From Nymphaea colorata (taxonomy: Eukaryota): a stretch of DNA of 64,000 nt. Positions 52,650 to 64,000 of the stretch are shown in pieces; position 1 is the first letter of the stretch, and every line of letters starts with the position of its first letter. Where the stretch lies: contig NC_045138.2 of assembly GCF_008831285.2 (NCBI RefSeq), positions 36,828,001-36,892,000 on the forward strand, written 5' to 3'. The position numbers and the translations under genes are program-made. The notes beneath the pieces are model-generated. The model ran no database searches and was not told where the DNA came from. It saw only the letters and a list, made by a program, of their open reading frames with translations.

Positions 52650-54129
52650 GCATATGGAGTGGAATATATATAGCATATGGAGTGGAAATACATCTTAAAG
52701 TTTTTCATAAGCACTTAGAGCTGGATTCTAGGATTGCTTAAGCTTGTTCTGTTAGGCTTCTGGAAGGATATATATTTCTCGTGCTGATTCTAACTGTTTT
52801 TGTTGCCATCCGATGTCCAGGCATCACACCTATGAAAAAACTGGTGGTCCAAAGTCGATTGACCTGAAGGAAGTTGGACCTCGTTTTGAGCTACGTCTTT
52901 ATCAGGTGAACTTCTGTTGTATATGCATACAGGTTGCAGTCTGATATATCTTGCTGTCAGATTATTGCAGTTTTGCTTTATATCTATTGGGAACATTCTA
53001 TGTTTGAGTTTGTCTTTGCTCAAGTGGTTGTTCATTTGGATATTTTAATATTTTAAATTTAGAATCAATGGTTGATAAAGATTGTTGCACCATCTTAAGG
53101 CACTGGTTGAGATGGCAATTTGGGGCTCGAAGATGGGAGTGGATTGTCCAATGTGCCATCCCATTCTCTCTAGGATACATGGAATAGTTATAGGATAAAT
53201 TGACACTTTACACACTTGAAACTAATTTCAGGTTTGGACCAGTCCCTTACCCTCTATAGTCTATATCTTATCTATTATGACCATATGAAATCTGTTCATT
53301 TACTTCCTTAAATTCTTAAGGGTATAAAAGACTTGTGCTGATAGATGTATAAAAGGAGTTTTCATGATTTTCTTTATCAAGAGCCTAGTTTCTGATTCCA
53401 AAGTGAATTTTTTTTGAAGTTTTTCCTAACTGTTTGCAGAGTAAAGCATAAGGAGCAGTACTCGGGTTGTATTATACTGTTATGTAGTTTAAATTTTATG
53501 GACTAGTTTACTATAGTTGTTTAACATTATGGACTAGTAGCCATTCACTGGATATAAGTTCTATTTTTGTGCTCAATGTTGTTTAGTTTGTAAGGACTGT
53601 GAACTGCCATTCTTGCTTACTCCAAATAGCTTGAGAAATCGATGTGGTGAATGGATTACTTATTGAAAAGCTCCTTAATTTTAAGGTATCATATATTTTG
53701 AGAAAAAGTTTGCTGATGCTGTGGATTTATAGTATATGAATCCCAAAGTTATTTTCCCTTGAACCAGGCAAACTCTAAATGCTACATATGAACCCCAAGA
53801 AGCCAATGATTTATACTGAAAAGGGCAGTTTGCTGGGCACATTTCCAAAAAAAAAAAAAAAAAGGATTGCTGAAGGTGGTATATGCTACTAATTTAATCC
53901 TGTTATTGATGCATTCATCATTACAAATCCAATGCCTAGGCAGGAAGATTGGAATCAGCATAATGAAGGAATCTCCATATGTAGAATTGACTACCTTTGT
54001 ATACTAATATTTATTTTCCCCTTTCATTTGCAGGTCAAGTTGGGAACCGTTGATCAAAGTGAAGCCCAAAATGAGTGGGTTATCAGGCCCTATATGAATA
54101 CTGCTAAGAAGCAGAAAATTCTTGGATAG
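48788..54129 (+). CDS. IMP4: U3 small nucleolar ribonucleoprotein IMP4 (Brix domain), 292 aa
   Basis: Nine exons, total 879 nt: 48788-48899, 50126-50209, 50744-50853, 50955-51005, 51141-51284, 51403-51492, 51620-51726, 52821-52905, 54034-54129. Motifs: MLRRNIRLRREYLYRKS, DPKILLTTSRDPS, HEHRGEPDGL..HLPFGPTAYF, LKEVGPRFEL, RPYMNTAKK. Confidence 0.97.
52109..52381. mobile_element. hAT-like MITE in IMP4 intron 7
   Basis: TIRs CAAGGGTGGGCA / TGCCCACCCCTA. 8-bp flanks GTATGAAC (52101-52108) and CTATGAAC (52382-52389). GGCCCG-rich arms around an AT-rich core. Confidence 0.88.
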
Positions 54130-55223
54130 CTGCTGCATCAGATTTTGATAAATGGCGTTTGGTTTTAGGCTAAGTTATTCTTTGTATCCTTGGTTCCTGT
54201 ATTATAATGTAACCCAGCATGCATGAACGCTCACCAGGTACCACAATGGAGATTGTTCATTTTTGTTATTAGCTGGACTGCGCATGATTATCGAAAAAAA
54301 GGGGCTCCTAGCAAAAGATTTCACTGCTTAAGATGTCCAAAAGGAGTATGTCACTCTACGAAGTCTCAGATACAAACCCCTTCAGGAAGGAATTTTAGGC
54401 TTTTAGAACGGGATCAGAATCAAATCAGCCTCCTTACAAAATTGTAGGGGATGTTAGAAAAGGAAAATCAGACACGTGTTACCGCTCATTTAATGATAAT
54501 GTCAAAGCAGGTTTCGGAAATCGGTACATACACCTACTCTTAGATGTGTGTTTGCTGACAAACGACGACCCATATTGTTGCAATGCATAAAAAAGGTGAA
54601 GCTGAAGATATAGGTTCTTTTTCCCATTAATCTCTCCATGACACTTCGGAATCAACGTGGGCGAGGTTTTTGAACATTATTCTCTCTCCATTTTGCTGTA
54701 ATATGTTCTTTCGTCTGTCTATAGATGAGGCAAATTCACCGTAGGAATTGTCGGAATATGACTTGGTGGGTGGACGACGGTTTATTACTTTTGTCTAGCG
54801 CCGTGTTTTGAGTGTGTGTTTTACTGTTCCATTTCATTGGACTATTTTTTTGAAAATCTTCAGATTCATAAGGGGATTGTCGCAAGGTATAAAGTTTGGT
54901 ACAGCTGTGTAAGATCGTAGGTTTGCAAGCTGAGAAAGAGGAGGATCCTGTGAGAAGATAATAGAGTCTACCCGCAAACTGCGTGTAACAAATAGTATAC
55001 TGAAGAATGAGCGTCTACGGTTAGGAGATCACACACTCGAAGAGCTATTTATTTAACAGAAACAAAAACCTGTGTGCGAGATAAAATTGTCGGAAACAGA
55101 AGGTGCGAGGGTTGCTCGGGTAAGGGATATCCGAAAATGGAGTAGTTGATTGTTGCATCTGCTATCGCAAATGGCTGCCACATCCGAATACTTGTAGACA
55201 AGGGTGGAGTCAAATTATGCTGA

Positions 55224-55247
55224 GGGGGGGGGGGGGGGGGGGTGGGG
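55224..55247. repeat. Poly-G tract (G19-T-G4)
   Basis: Directly visible; follows a CAAGGGTGGAG TIR-like motif at ~55199. Confidence 0.85.
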
Positions 55248-56193
55248 TAGAAGCTCGCCTAATTTGCCAAAAATTATATAAATACATATAAAACTATGGC
55301 TTTGGAGCAGTAAAATGAAAATTTATATAGAAATGCCCCTTCTAACTTAACACCAGTTATCATGGACCTTCAGTCCATGGAGCGTGACAGTCCTTGCCGC
55401 TGCAAGCCCATGGTGCAATTGCATATGTAGATTGCTTGAAGAACTCCGAGTTTAAACAGCTTAAGAACACAGTACATCATGAATGAGAGAAGCGAGGAGA
55501 CTGAAACTTCACTTATAAGGGGACCCAGAGGTGCATATAAGAGTCCACCTGCCCAACACCCAAAGCAAGGAAATTTTCAACTACAAAAGATTACACTAAT
55601 CAGTTGGAGGGTATTCCCTTATACATGAAGAAGGCTACACAACTGGATAATTTTATATGCAAGAAAAGTAGACAAAAGCACAAATATAGGCGGTCTCTCA
55701 TTCAAATCGTGCGTCGTCATTGGTGTCAACTGTTTTGAGGTATATCCAACTTCCTCTAGATATTACTGCTTCATTCTGAACTCATACTCCCTTGTCAGCT
55801 CTATTTTGTTTACCCCCGTTACTAGTTTTTTGCTCCACTACTTCTTGCAGGCTGTTGTCTACCAGTCACAATTCAATGGTGAAACAACAAAAACCTAGCC
55901 CCGTTACTGGACTAATGTACTTTTAGTGACTTAGGGGGGATGTACTTGGGTAGCCGCTCTTGACAATCAATAGAAACAGAAGATAGGGACTCCTGATGCG
56001 TTCGCCATCGTGGTTGACGACCGTATAGAGGATTATATTACAAGAAATATGGAACAGCTAACAGTATAGTTCTCGTACAAAATTATGCAAGAGGCAGACT
56101 AGTGTCGACAATACAAATAACGTCGTGAAGGACGTGCTTGGTCACGCACGCGTCTGAACATGAGAAGAATGAAGCTGCATGCATTTATCATCA

Positions 56194-59100
56194 CTACGAT
56201 GAATGGCAGACCACGGAAGTGCATGATAGCTCCTCATCAATAACCCACAATCCCAATTGCCTGAGATGACCTTCAAGCACAGTTAGCTGCAGATCAGGAG
56301 ACCAAAATATCATCTTCCTCCCATTAGCTAAATCATTCTTTTTTCCCTGATTGGGTGTTACTCTGTGAGCAATTTTCTCAACATCAATAGTTTTGATTGG
56401 TAGGCCACTCTCCTTCCGGAACCCCCCAATCAGTTGCGCAAAGGATAGCTTATTTAAAGACAATTTACCACCTATCACAGAATCTATTAGCTTGTGAAGA
56501 AGCTTGGACCCAGAACTCTTGAAGAATGATAGCTCCAGATCGTTTGCAGTAGCGAAATCATACTTAGCATGAAAGGATTTGGAAAATTGGTCGCCAGTAG
56601 GAATCATATTTCCACTGATCAGCCAAGCATTGTAACCTTTCTCAACGGACTTCTTTATCACATGGGCAGTAACCAGCACCTCCTTGCCCTGTTTTGATAT
56701 TGCATTCCAAGAGCCTCTCTTGACATCTAGAACCAGTTTCTCAGTGTCAATAACTGGATGTCCCCTCCTAGCAAGATCATATAGAAAATTGTCACCATGA
56801 CCTAGTACAATGTAGTTCTGTATATTCAGATTTTCAAAGTGGCATAGTAAATTCCTCGAGATTGCTTCTGCAACACCATACAAGCTCACAAAAATGACAG
56901 CCTTGTCTCTCTGCAGAGAATGAAGGAGAGAGCTCAGGTCATTGAGGGTCTTCACAATTCTTCCCGGAATTACTTGATTGAAGCAGTAACCATACCACTT
57001 GAGAGATCTCAAAGGCTTAATGTCCCACAAGTCCACGTCCAGGCTGCCATTAACTATCAGTTTAGAGTCAGGTCCAGCTCTTGTTCTATAGTTTACACCA
57101 GCTTCTCTGTGAGATACACTAAGAGCTCGCTCTCTCAAGAAATTGCTGTACATATTGTAGTAACCTCGGCTATGAACAAACTTAACGAACCATGGAGTCC
57201 AAATTTTGTAACCTATACTCCGATGCCACCTTGTTGTTACCATACCCTCCAGAATTGGCTGGATATTTTTCATCTTATGCATGTCATACCACAGGCGGAA
57301 CTCCTTCCATGGTTTAGGGAAGAGAAGCTGTCCCCAGGTTCCAACCAGCTGGTATAATATTATGTGCTCTTCATCATCCAAGTGCACTTTGTTTCCACGT
57401 ATGCCTGGCCTCAGTGAAGTAAGAGCAGTTCAACGGTCAAGCAAAAAGATAATTCATGAAGTATAAATACAGAAAAATAATTAACAATGTATCTTAACAT
57501 GGGTCTAATATCAGAGCTGATTATGAAACCATTTCATCGAATTGATTGAAGATTATTAAGGTGCTATATGTAAAGTTAAGCTTTCAAAAAATAGATGACA
57601 CCTTAGTTAAAAAGGAAGTTTACATATGAGACTTTGTAAACTATCAATCAAATTATATTGCTAATTAAATTTGTTTACTTGTGGAATGTATCCAATTAAT
57701 CTTCATTTTTTATGGTCGAAATAGTTATTCCTTGTTTGATGTTCGAGATAAACAAAATAACGAGGACATAAGGAATGAAATACACCATAATATTTGGATA
57801 CGATTTATTCTGGTGAAAAGTTTTTCTTGCGGTTGAAATGCACCTGAGAATTCTTTTGGTACGAGAGGCCGTATAGGCGTCCGGCCTATCGCTTGAATTT
57901 TATAATAAAAAACCATTGTAAAGATAGTTTCATTAAGGAATGCCAAATAGGGAGACACACTTACATTTGAATGTTCAGCAAGAAAATTTTGATGTTCTTA
58001 CGTTTTAAGAATATTTTGATGTTTAGTAATAAAAAACCAATGTTCTGATGTTTTAAGAATATGTTGGTGTTTATCAACTTGAATTTGACATGAAAAATAA
58101 GTTAATTGAAATTCTTTTCAAATTTAGGCATGGTTTTTTAAGTAAAACTTTCCTAGTCTTTGTTGGTCTCACATGATCCTGTGTGAGACTTGAAATTTGA
58201 AATATCAAGCATTTTTTGTTTCATTATATAATTGTAAATATTTGTTAAATTTTATTTTAAATAAACGAATAATCCAATGCAGCCGATACATATAGGCTGG
58301 AACATGAGACTGACAAATCAAAATTTCTGAAAAACTTAAATTCTTCATCAATTTAGTCTCCAGTATACTTTGAAAATAAAAACAGGGAAGTAGACAATGA
58401 ATAACTAAAAACACCAATTGAATTTTGAAATACGGGACCAAGAATAAACCAAGAAATTAAAACTTAAATGCTTATAGTCAAATATGCATGCCTGACGCAT
58501 AACCAACGCACGGAAAGGTTGGGACAGAAAAATCAATTCCGAGGAAATGAAATCCCTGAAAAGGCGAGGACATGACAATAAATCGAAGAAAGAAAAGTCC
58601 GAGAGTTTGAATAAAAGGCGGCGGGAACAACTTCTCACCGGCGACGAATGCCGGGCGTTGCAGAGACGCGCCATAGATCGAAGGACTGTAATTCGACGAC
58701 TCGTAGTAGTAAGTTGCGATCAGCCTCCTGAGGTATCGATAATAGAGGGGCGAGAGCTCCAGATCGTCCTCGACCACGAACGCGAATTCGTCGTCTGAGC
58801 TCGGCCACCATGCCTCCAGCCACTGCGCCGGCAGCCCGACGTTCCCCGTCCGGTAATGCACCAGTTTCTCCCCGAACCGCCACTCGAACCCGTCCACGAA
58901 GCTGAGCATCTTCCTCGCGGCCTCCAGCCTCTGATCCATGCTGTTCCCGGCGCCGGCGTCGGCCTTGAAGTGATCGACGAAAACGTGAAGATCAACGCGG
59001 TCGCCGTCATAATCCGCCTCCGCCAGGGATCGAAGGCAACGGATGAGGGAATCGAGCCGATTGTAGGCGAGCACCTTCACGATGAATCTGAAGCTGGAGC

Positions 59101-59320
59101 TGATGAGAGGCCTCGCGTTTAGGGCTCGAGCGGGGCTAGGGGTGGCGAAGAGTGGCATTCTCCGTTCGGGTTCTGATGGTGGAAAGAAGGAAGGATTGAG
59201 GTCCGCACGGTGCAGAGATACGGAAAAGAAGGAGAAGAAGACGATGATGAGGATGAGGAACAGGAGGAGCGGACCAGCGTTTGTCCGCACCTTTGTGGCG
59301 GTGGCGGAGCGACGGAGCAT
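56194..59320 (-). CDS. Type II membrane glycosyltransferase-like protein (GT-A fold, At5g12260-like), tandem copy A, 630 aa
   Basis: Exons 59320-58639 and 57404-56194 (1893 nt, phase-1 GT..AG intron). N-terminal transmembrane segment LLLFLILIIVFFSFFSV, KVLAYNRLDSL.RCLRSL, WLEAWWP, FAFVVEDDLE (DxD-like), GTWGQLLFPKPWKEFR.WY, C-terminal SC..VVCH. Start codon chosen as the ATG before the TM segment. Confidence 0.9.
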
Positions 59321-59854
59321 CGTCTTCGCTCTACGGAAGCGAAGATGTACGGGCAGAACCGAGGAAAAGAATAGCCGGTTCGCTAATCGTAGCGGCCGGT
59401 GCTCCAAGATGGATAGCAAACGCGGTTGATGGCGTGATTCCTTGTTGCATCTGCCAGAAACAGCTCTACCATAGATTGCAGCCACTTCGTCCTTGGAGCC
59501 GATCTCCTCCTCGGCCAACTGTTGCGAATCGTCGATGGAAAGGTCAAAGGAAGTAAAAATTAGCAACCTGCTGTGATGCGTCTGCAATTGTGATCGATAA
59601 ATTATTAACACAGCAGATTGTGACATAATAACTTATGCTTAAACAAGTTGTTCAAGTGTTTAGTCTTATCAGTAGAAGTTTGTGTAGAATTCAATCTCTT
59701 ATGAAAGACTTGCAACTGTAACTATAACCAAAGGAAGAAGGAACCATGCGGCAAATCGGAGAACAGATATAAGTCAATTTTTAATAAAAAAATGTGTAAA
59801 ACTTACCTTCTTGGAATCTCAAGCTTATAATCCCTCATTTTATGTCAATGTCAA

Positions 59855-60205
59855 AAAGTACGTTTTTTTGAAAAAAACAACAAAAATACGTGATAAATTT
59901 AACTAGCCATTTAAAACAACAAAGTGCATTAAAAAGCGCATTATCAACATGTTTTTTTGCTTTTTTTCAGTTTTTTATTTTTTAATGTCAAACAGTTTTT
60001 TTATATTTTTTAATTTTTTGAAAATATACTTATTTTTAGATGTTTGTGTTATTAGTTTCTCACTTATTTAACCCTTTTCTCTATTTTTAATTTTTAAAAT
60101 TTTTTAAAAATTTTACCATATTTTTTTAAACTCTGTTGTATGTATATACTTGAGAAAAACTTCACCATTTAAAACTCCAAAACATTATTTGTGACAATGG
60201 TCAAC
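59855..60205. repeat. AT-rich dispersed repeat, inverted homologue of 8815-9085
   Basis: See 8815-9085; collinear shared blocks. Boundaries approximate. Confidence 0.6.
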
Positions 60206-62718
60206 AATAATAAACTATAGATAGTATATCATGTTTTCTATAATTGATTGTGCCTACCATTTACCTTTTCTTTTTCCAGTTTTCCCGTAAATTCAGCTTA
60301 ATACATGTGATTTACAGGATTTGTTTAGTGAAGATTGTTTTCAATCCCTGAGATTGAATGTGTATCAAGACCTTTTTCGTGAACTAAGAATGATAGCTTG
60401 AATACAAAATTTTCTGGTTTCAAATAATCTGTTTCTTCGACCAATAAGCATACATAAATAGTTAATTTGTAGAATTTAAACCAAATTCTGCCAAATTGGC
60501 CTACGCCTCCTCTGGCCAACGCAATTGACATATATATATATATATATATATTGAAATCAGTCGACTAACGTCCATTGCCAGATGGGTAAATTTAAATTTT
60601 GCGATGCTACAAAGAGTCACAAATGATACATTCCACAATAGTAAATCATTGGCGACGTTTTGTAGCCACAGAATGCATTATTTCCAAGAGTGAAAAAATG
60701 ATATGATCAAAAAATGCCCCTGCTGACTATATGGAAGACTCCCCTATACAAGCAAAAAATGATATAGTAAAAAAATACCTTATAAAATGGCTGAAATACC
60801 CCTTCGGTTTTAAACTGTGGGAACATGGTATTCTGTATTACGGCATAAAATATAAATCGTTCAAAAAGGTATGGTTTGATTCACAAATTAAGGAGCCAAT
60901 TGAAATCCTTATACTGGAAATTTGAGTACGTTGAGATTTTCTATTTAATAACTCCAATTTAAAATGATTCTCAGGTTTTGTTAGTTCAAGATTGCGTGGG
61001 AATCACAAAAAAGAAAGAAAGGAAGAAAGAAACTGCCGTCCAAGTTTGCACGAAATTGATTTTGGAGATTGGACGTGTGCTTACGCTTCACGATAAACTG
61101 CTTTCAAGGAACTTGCGGAAAGATAATAAAAAGTTTGGTGACCATACAACATACTAAAAAAAAATTATACAAGATACAATTAATTTTTTCCATGGTTTAT
61201 TCTAAAAAATCATAAATATGAAATCTAAATATTATAAAGAAGGATAAAGGCACCGCCGGTGGTGAGCAAGCGATAAAGGAGAAATGTAAAGATTGTCATG
61301 TTGAATACTCTAAATCAAATCTCAACACATTGTCATCGTCTTGGCTGAGTGTTTCCACAGTATTTCCTCCTCAAGCTTAGTGCTCTGGACTTGCCTTCAG
61401 TTTCTTTCTGAAAAGAAAATTGATAAAACAAGGATGTTTGGCTTGATTTGGGTAGTCATATGATACCATTTCAAGTGAAGCATAGGAAAAACATGATACT
61501 TAGAACTGACAAACACAATAGTCGTGAATAAGACTAAATCAATTCTAGTGCCTGATGCACAGTTTTTTTATATTTAATCACATTTTTTTGTAGAATAAAG
61601 GTGCGAAAAGGCTATCCCAACCGGGAGAGAGAGAGAAAAAAAATATGGGGGGAAGAGGAGGGACAACAACTGGTCTACTTAGCTTTTATAATGACACTCC
61701 TAATCTCAAATTCAATATTCCCCAACATCATCAAAATTCCACCCCCTACGATTTAAATCCAGAACAGGGCTACAACACACCACTCAACCCAACATTCCCT
61801 GTTAGTTTAATGGCAAGTAATGGTCACATTTGCAGTCATAAGGACATAAGCAGCGATCAGGAAGATAGAAGTCGAAAAATATTGCTAAAGGCTAATAAGG
61901 ACAATATTAAACTTCATTTGAAATCTGAAGGGTGTTTGAATCCAATGAAATCAAATAACAACTTGAGCTACCACAAAATATTGGCGCCTTGATCATTATT
62001 TTAATATTATTATTACTGTTATTATTATTATTATTATTATTTTATCTTCTTCTTATTCTTCATTGCCACAGACCATAAAAAGGAAAATCAAACACCTAAA
62101 CTCTCATGAGAGCAGACATAAAGCCTATAGATCCTCTACGAACATATTGTCGCTTGTTCATGTTGAAATGCTCCCGTGAGCGAGCTCTGCCTGACAAACA
62201 GTCCTAGAGCAAAAAATATAAGTTGCAATATTAATTCAATTTCCTCAGCAATTTAACAGCAAATACATCGGAAAAAGGCTTTCATCATTCTTGAATGTGC
62301 CTATTCCTGTTTAAGTGAAAAAAGAACATGGATAATGCACTTCAAGGAAGGACAAGTTAGGGCTCTTCTTTTTCCCCCCACTCTTAGTGGACATGTACAC
62401 AATAAATCGTTCCAAAGATGCTGAACGGCCAAATATCTGATTCAGCAAGAATTTTGATAAAAACGGCTGCTGCTTATTCATCTTCATTAACAAATGCGAA
62501 GCTTCTTTCTTTCGGGCAGAACTGCAGCTGGAGTTAGGCTGACCAGCTCGAAAAATCAACCTGAAGGGATTGCAAAATACACGATCAAGCATCTATGAGT
62601 TTACGCAGAGAAATTTCAACATCCAGAGCCATTCTTGGCCGTGCTGCCCGTGAATTGTCATAATATAGACCAAATAATTTTACCAGCGGAGGATCCACCT
62701 GTATGCTTCTTGCCGTTC

Positions 62719-63962
62719 TTATGATGGATGGCACACCACAGAAGTACACGATAGTTCCTCATCAATAGCCCACAAGCCCAAATTTTGGAGACGACCTTTG
62801 AGAAGATTCAAATTCATATCCGCAGCCCAAAATACCATCTTCTGCCCAACACCCAAACTGGATTGCTTTTCATCATTCGGTGTTACTGCATAAGCAATTT
62901 TTGAGATATCGATAGTTTGCATTGGAAGTTTATTTTCTTGGGAGAATCTAGCGGCCAACTGCCCAAAATATGGAGTACTAGAAGGCCATTTGCCATCCTT
63001 CAAGGAAGGTGATGATGTTAGCTTAATGATAAAATTCTCATCCATGAAGATTGATGCTGAACTCCGGAAGAATGATAGCTCCAATTCATTTGCAGTAGCA
63101 AATTCATGCATTTCTTGAGTGAAGTTACAAAATATATTGCTGGTAGGAATCATATTTCCACTGACCAGCCAAGCATTGTAACCCATCACAATAGACTTCC
63201 TTATCACGTAAGCTGTAGCCACAATCTCCTTACTCCGTCCAGTTGTTGAACTCCAAGAACTTTTCAAGACATGCTTTCTGAGGTCTTGAACCAGCTCCTC
63301 TGTATCAATAACGGCATGCCCTCTCCTATTAAGTTCATGAAGAAATTCGCTGCCCTGTCCTAATATCACATAGTTATGGATGTCTAGACTTTCAAAGTGG
63401 CACAATAAATTCCTTAAGGATGCTTCGGCAACTCCATACAAACTCAGAATAATCAGAGTCTTGTCTCTATGCAGAGAGTGAAGAAGGGGACCCAATTCGT
63501 CAAGGGTCTTTACAATTCTTCCTGGAATCACTTCTCTGAAGCAAAAATCAAACCACTTTAGAGAGCTTAAAGGCTGCATGCTCCACAGGTTCACGTCCAG
63601 ACTGCTGCTGTTTATCAGTTGTGAATCTGGTCCAACTTTTCTTCCATAATTTACACCAGCTTCTCTGTGAGAAACACTGAGAGCTCTTTCTTGCAAAAGG
63701 TTGGTGTATATGTTGTAGTAACCACGAGTATGGATGAACTTAATGAACCATGGAGTCCATATTCTTTCACCCATCCGCTTATACCATCCAGTTGTTACCA
63801 TGCCCATCAGTATTGGCTGAATATTTTTCAACTTGTGTGTGTCATACCACAGTCGGAATTCTTTCCATGGTTTAGGAAAGAGAAGCTGCCCCCATGTTCC
63901 AACAATCTGGTATAAGAAAATATGAGTGTCATCATCCAACTGCAGTTTGTTCCCATGTTTTC
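62719..63962 (-). CDS. Glycosyltransferase-like protein, tandem copy B (last exon only; first exon lies beyond the window)
   Basis: Acceptor AG at 63964-63963, at the same position and phase as in copy A. 1244-nt open exon (G)KHGNKLQLDDDTHIFLYQIVGTWGQLLFPKPWKEFR...IDEELSCTSVVCHPS*, aligning end to end with copy A exon 2. Confidence 0.92.
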
Positions 63963-64000
63963 CTGATTACAGTAGACCAATATGAGATTGGTAATCAACG

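Noticed and set aside
55740..55850. Plus-strand GT...pyrimidine tract...CAG intron-like segment, suggesting an antisense lncRNA
   Set aside because: Splice-like signals alone are common by chance; no coding frame or promoter support.
57862..57892. GC-rich hairpin (CGAGAGGCCG...CGGCCTATCG) in the glycosyltransferase intron as a possible Helitron 3' end
   Set aside because: No CTRR terminus at the expected distance and no 5' end identified.
59321..59626. In-frame upstream extension of glycosyltransferase A (ORF starting at 59626)
   Set aside because: The extra ~100 codons read like UTR and would displace the N-terminal TM segment; ATG 59320 fits a type II membrane protein better. Not excluded without TSS data.

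Overview
Eukaryotic, flowering-plant nuclear DNA: AT-rich intergenic sequence, GT-AG spliceosomal introns, microsatellites and MITEs. The species cannot be determined from the sequence alone. I rebuilt six complete multi-exon genes by hand, each with splice sites and phases that close into an open frame: an ENODL18-like phytocyanin (-), mRNA cap guanine-N7 methyltransferase (+, 13 exons), an HLTF/RAD5-type HIRAN-SNF2-RING helicase (+, 3 exons), a MED26-like TFIIS-N protein (+, 9 exons), IMP4 (+, 9 coding exons) and a two-exon GT-A-fold glycosyltransferase-like gene (-). The last exon of a tandem paralogue of that glycosyltransferase gene lies at the right edge. The gene-poor 23-37 kb stretch holds an orphan LRR exon, a ~1.6 kb decayed intronless coding-like segment (tentatively TRM6-like) and short non-autonomous transposons. 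Four such elements across the window keep 8-bp target-site duplications (hAT-like). Most interesting points: apparently asymmetric divergence of the glycosyltransferase pair, an AT-rich repeat sitting in the same orientation ~0.55 kb upstream of two unrelated genes, and the two pseudogene remnants. I found no convincing new biological system, and no tRNA, rRNA, CRISPR array or recognisable miRNA. Family assignments come from recalled motifs, not database searches.
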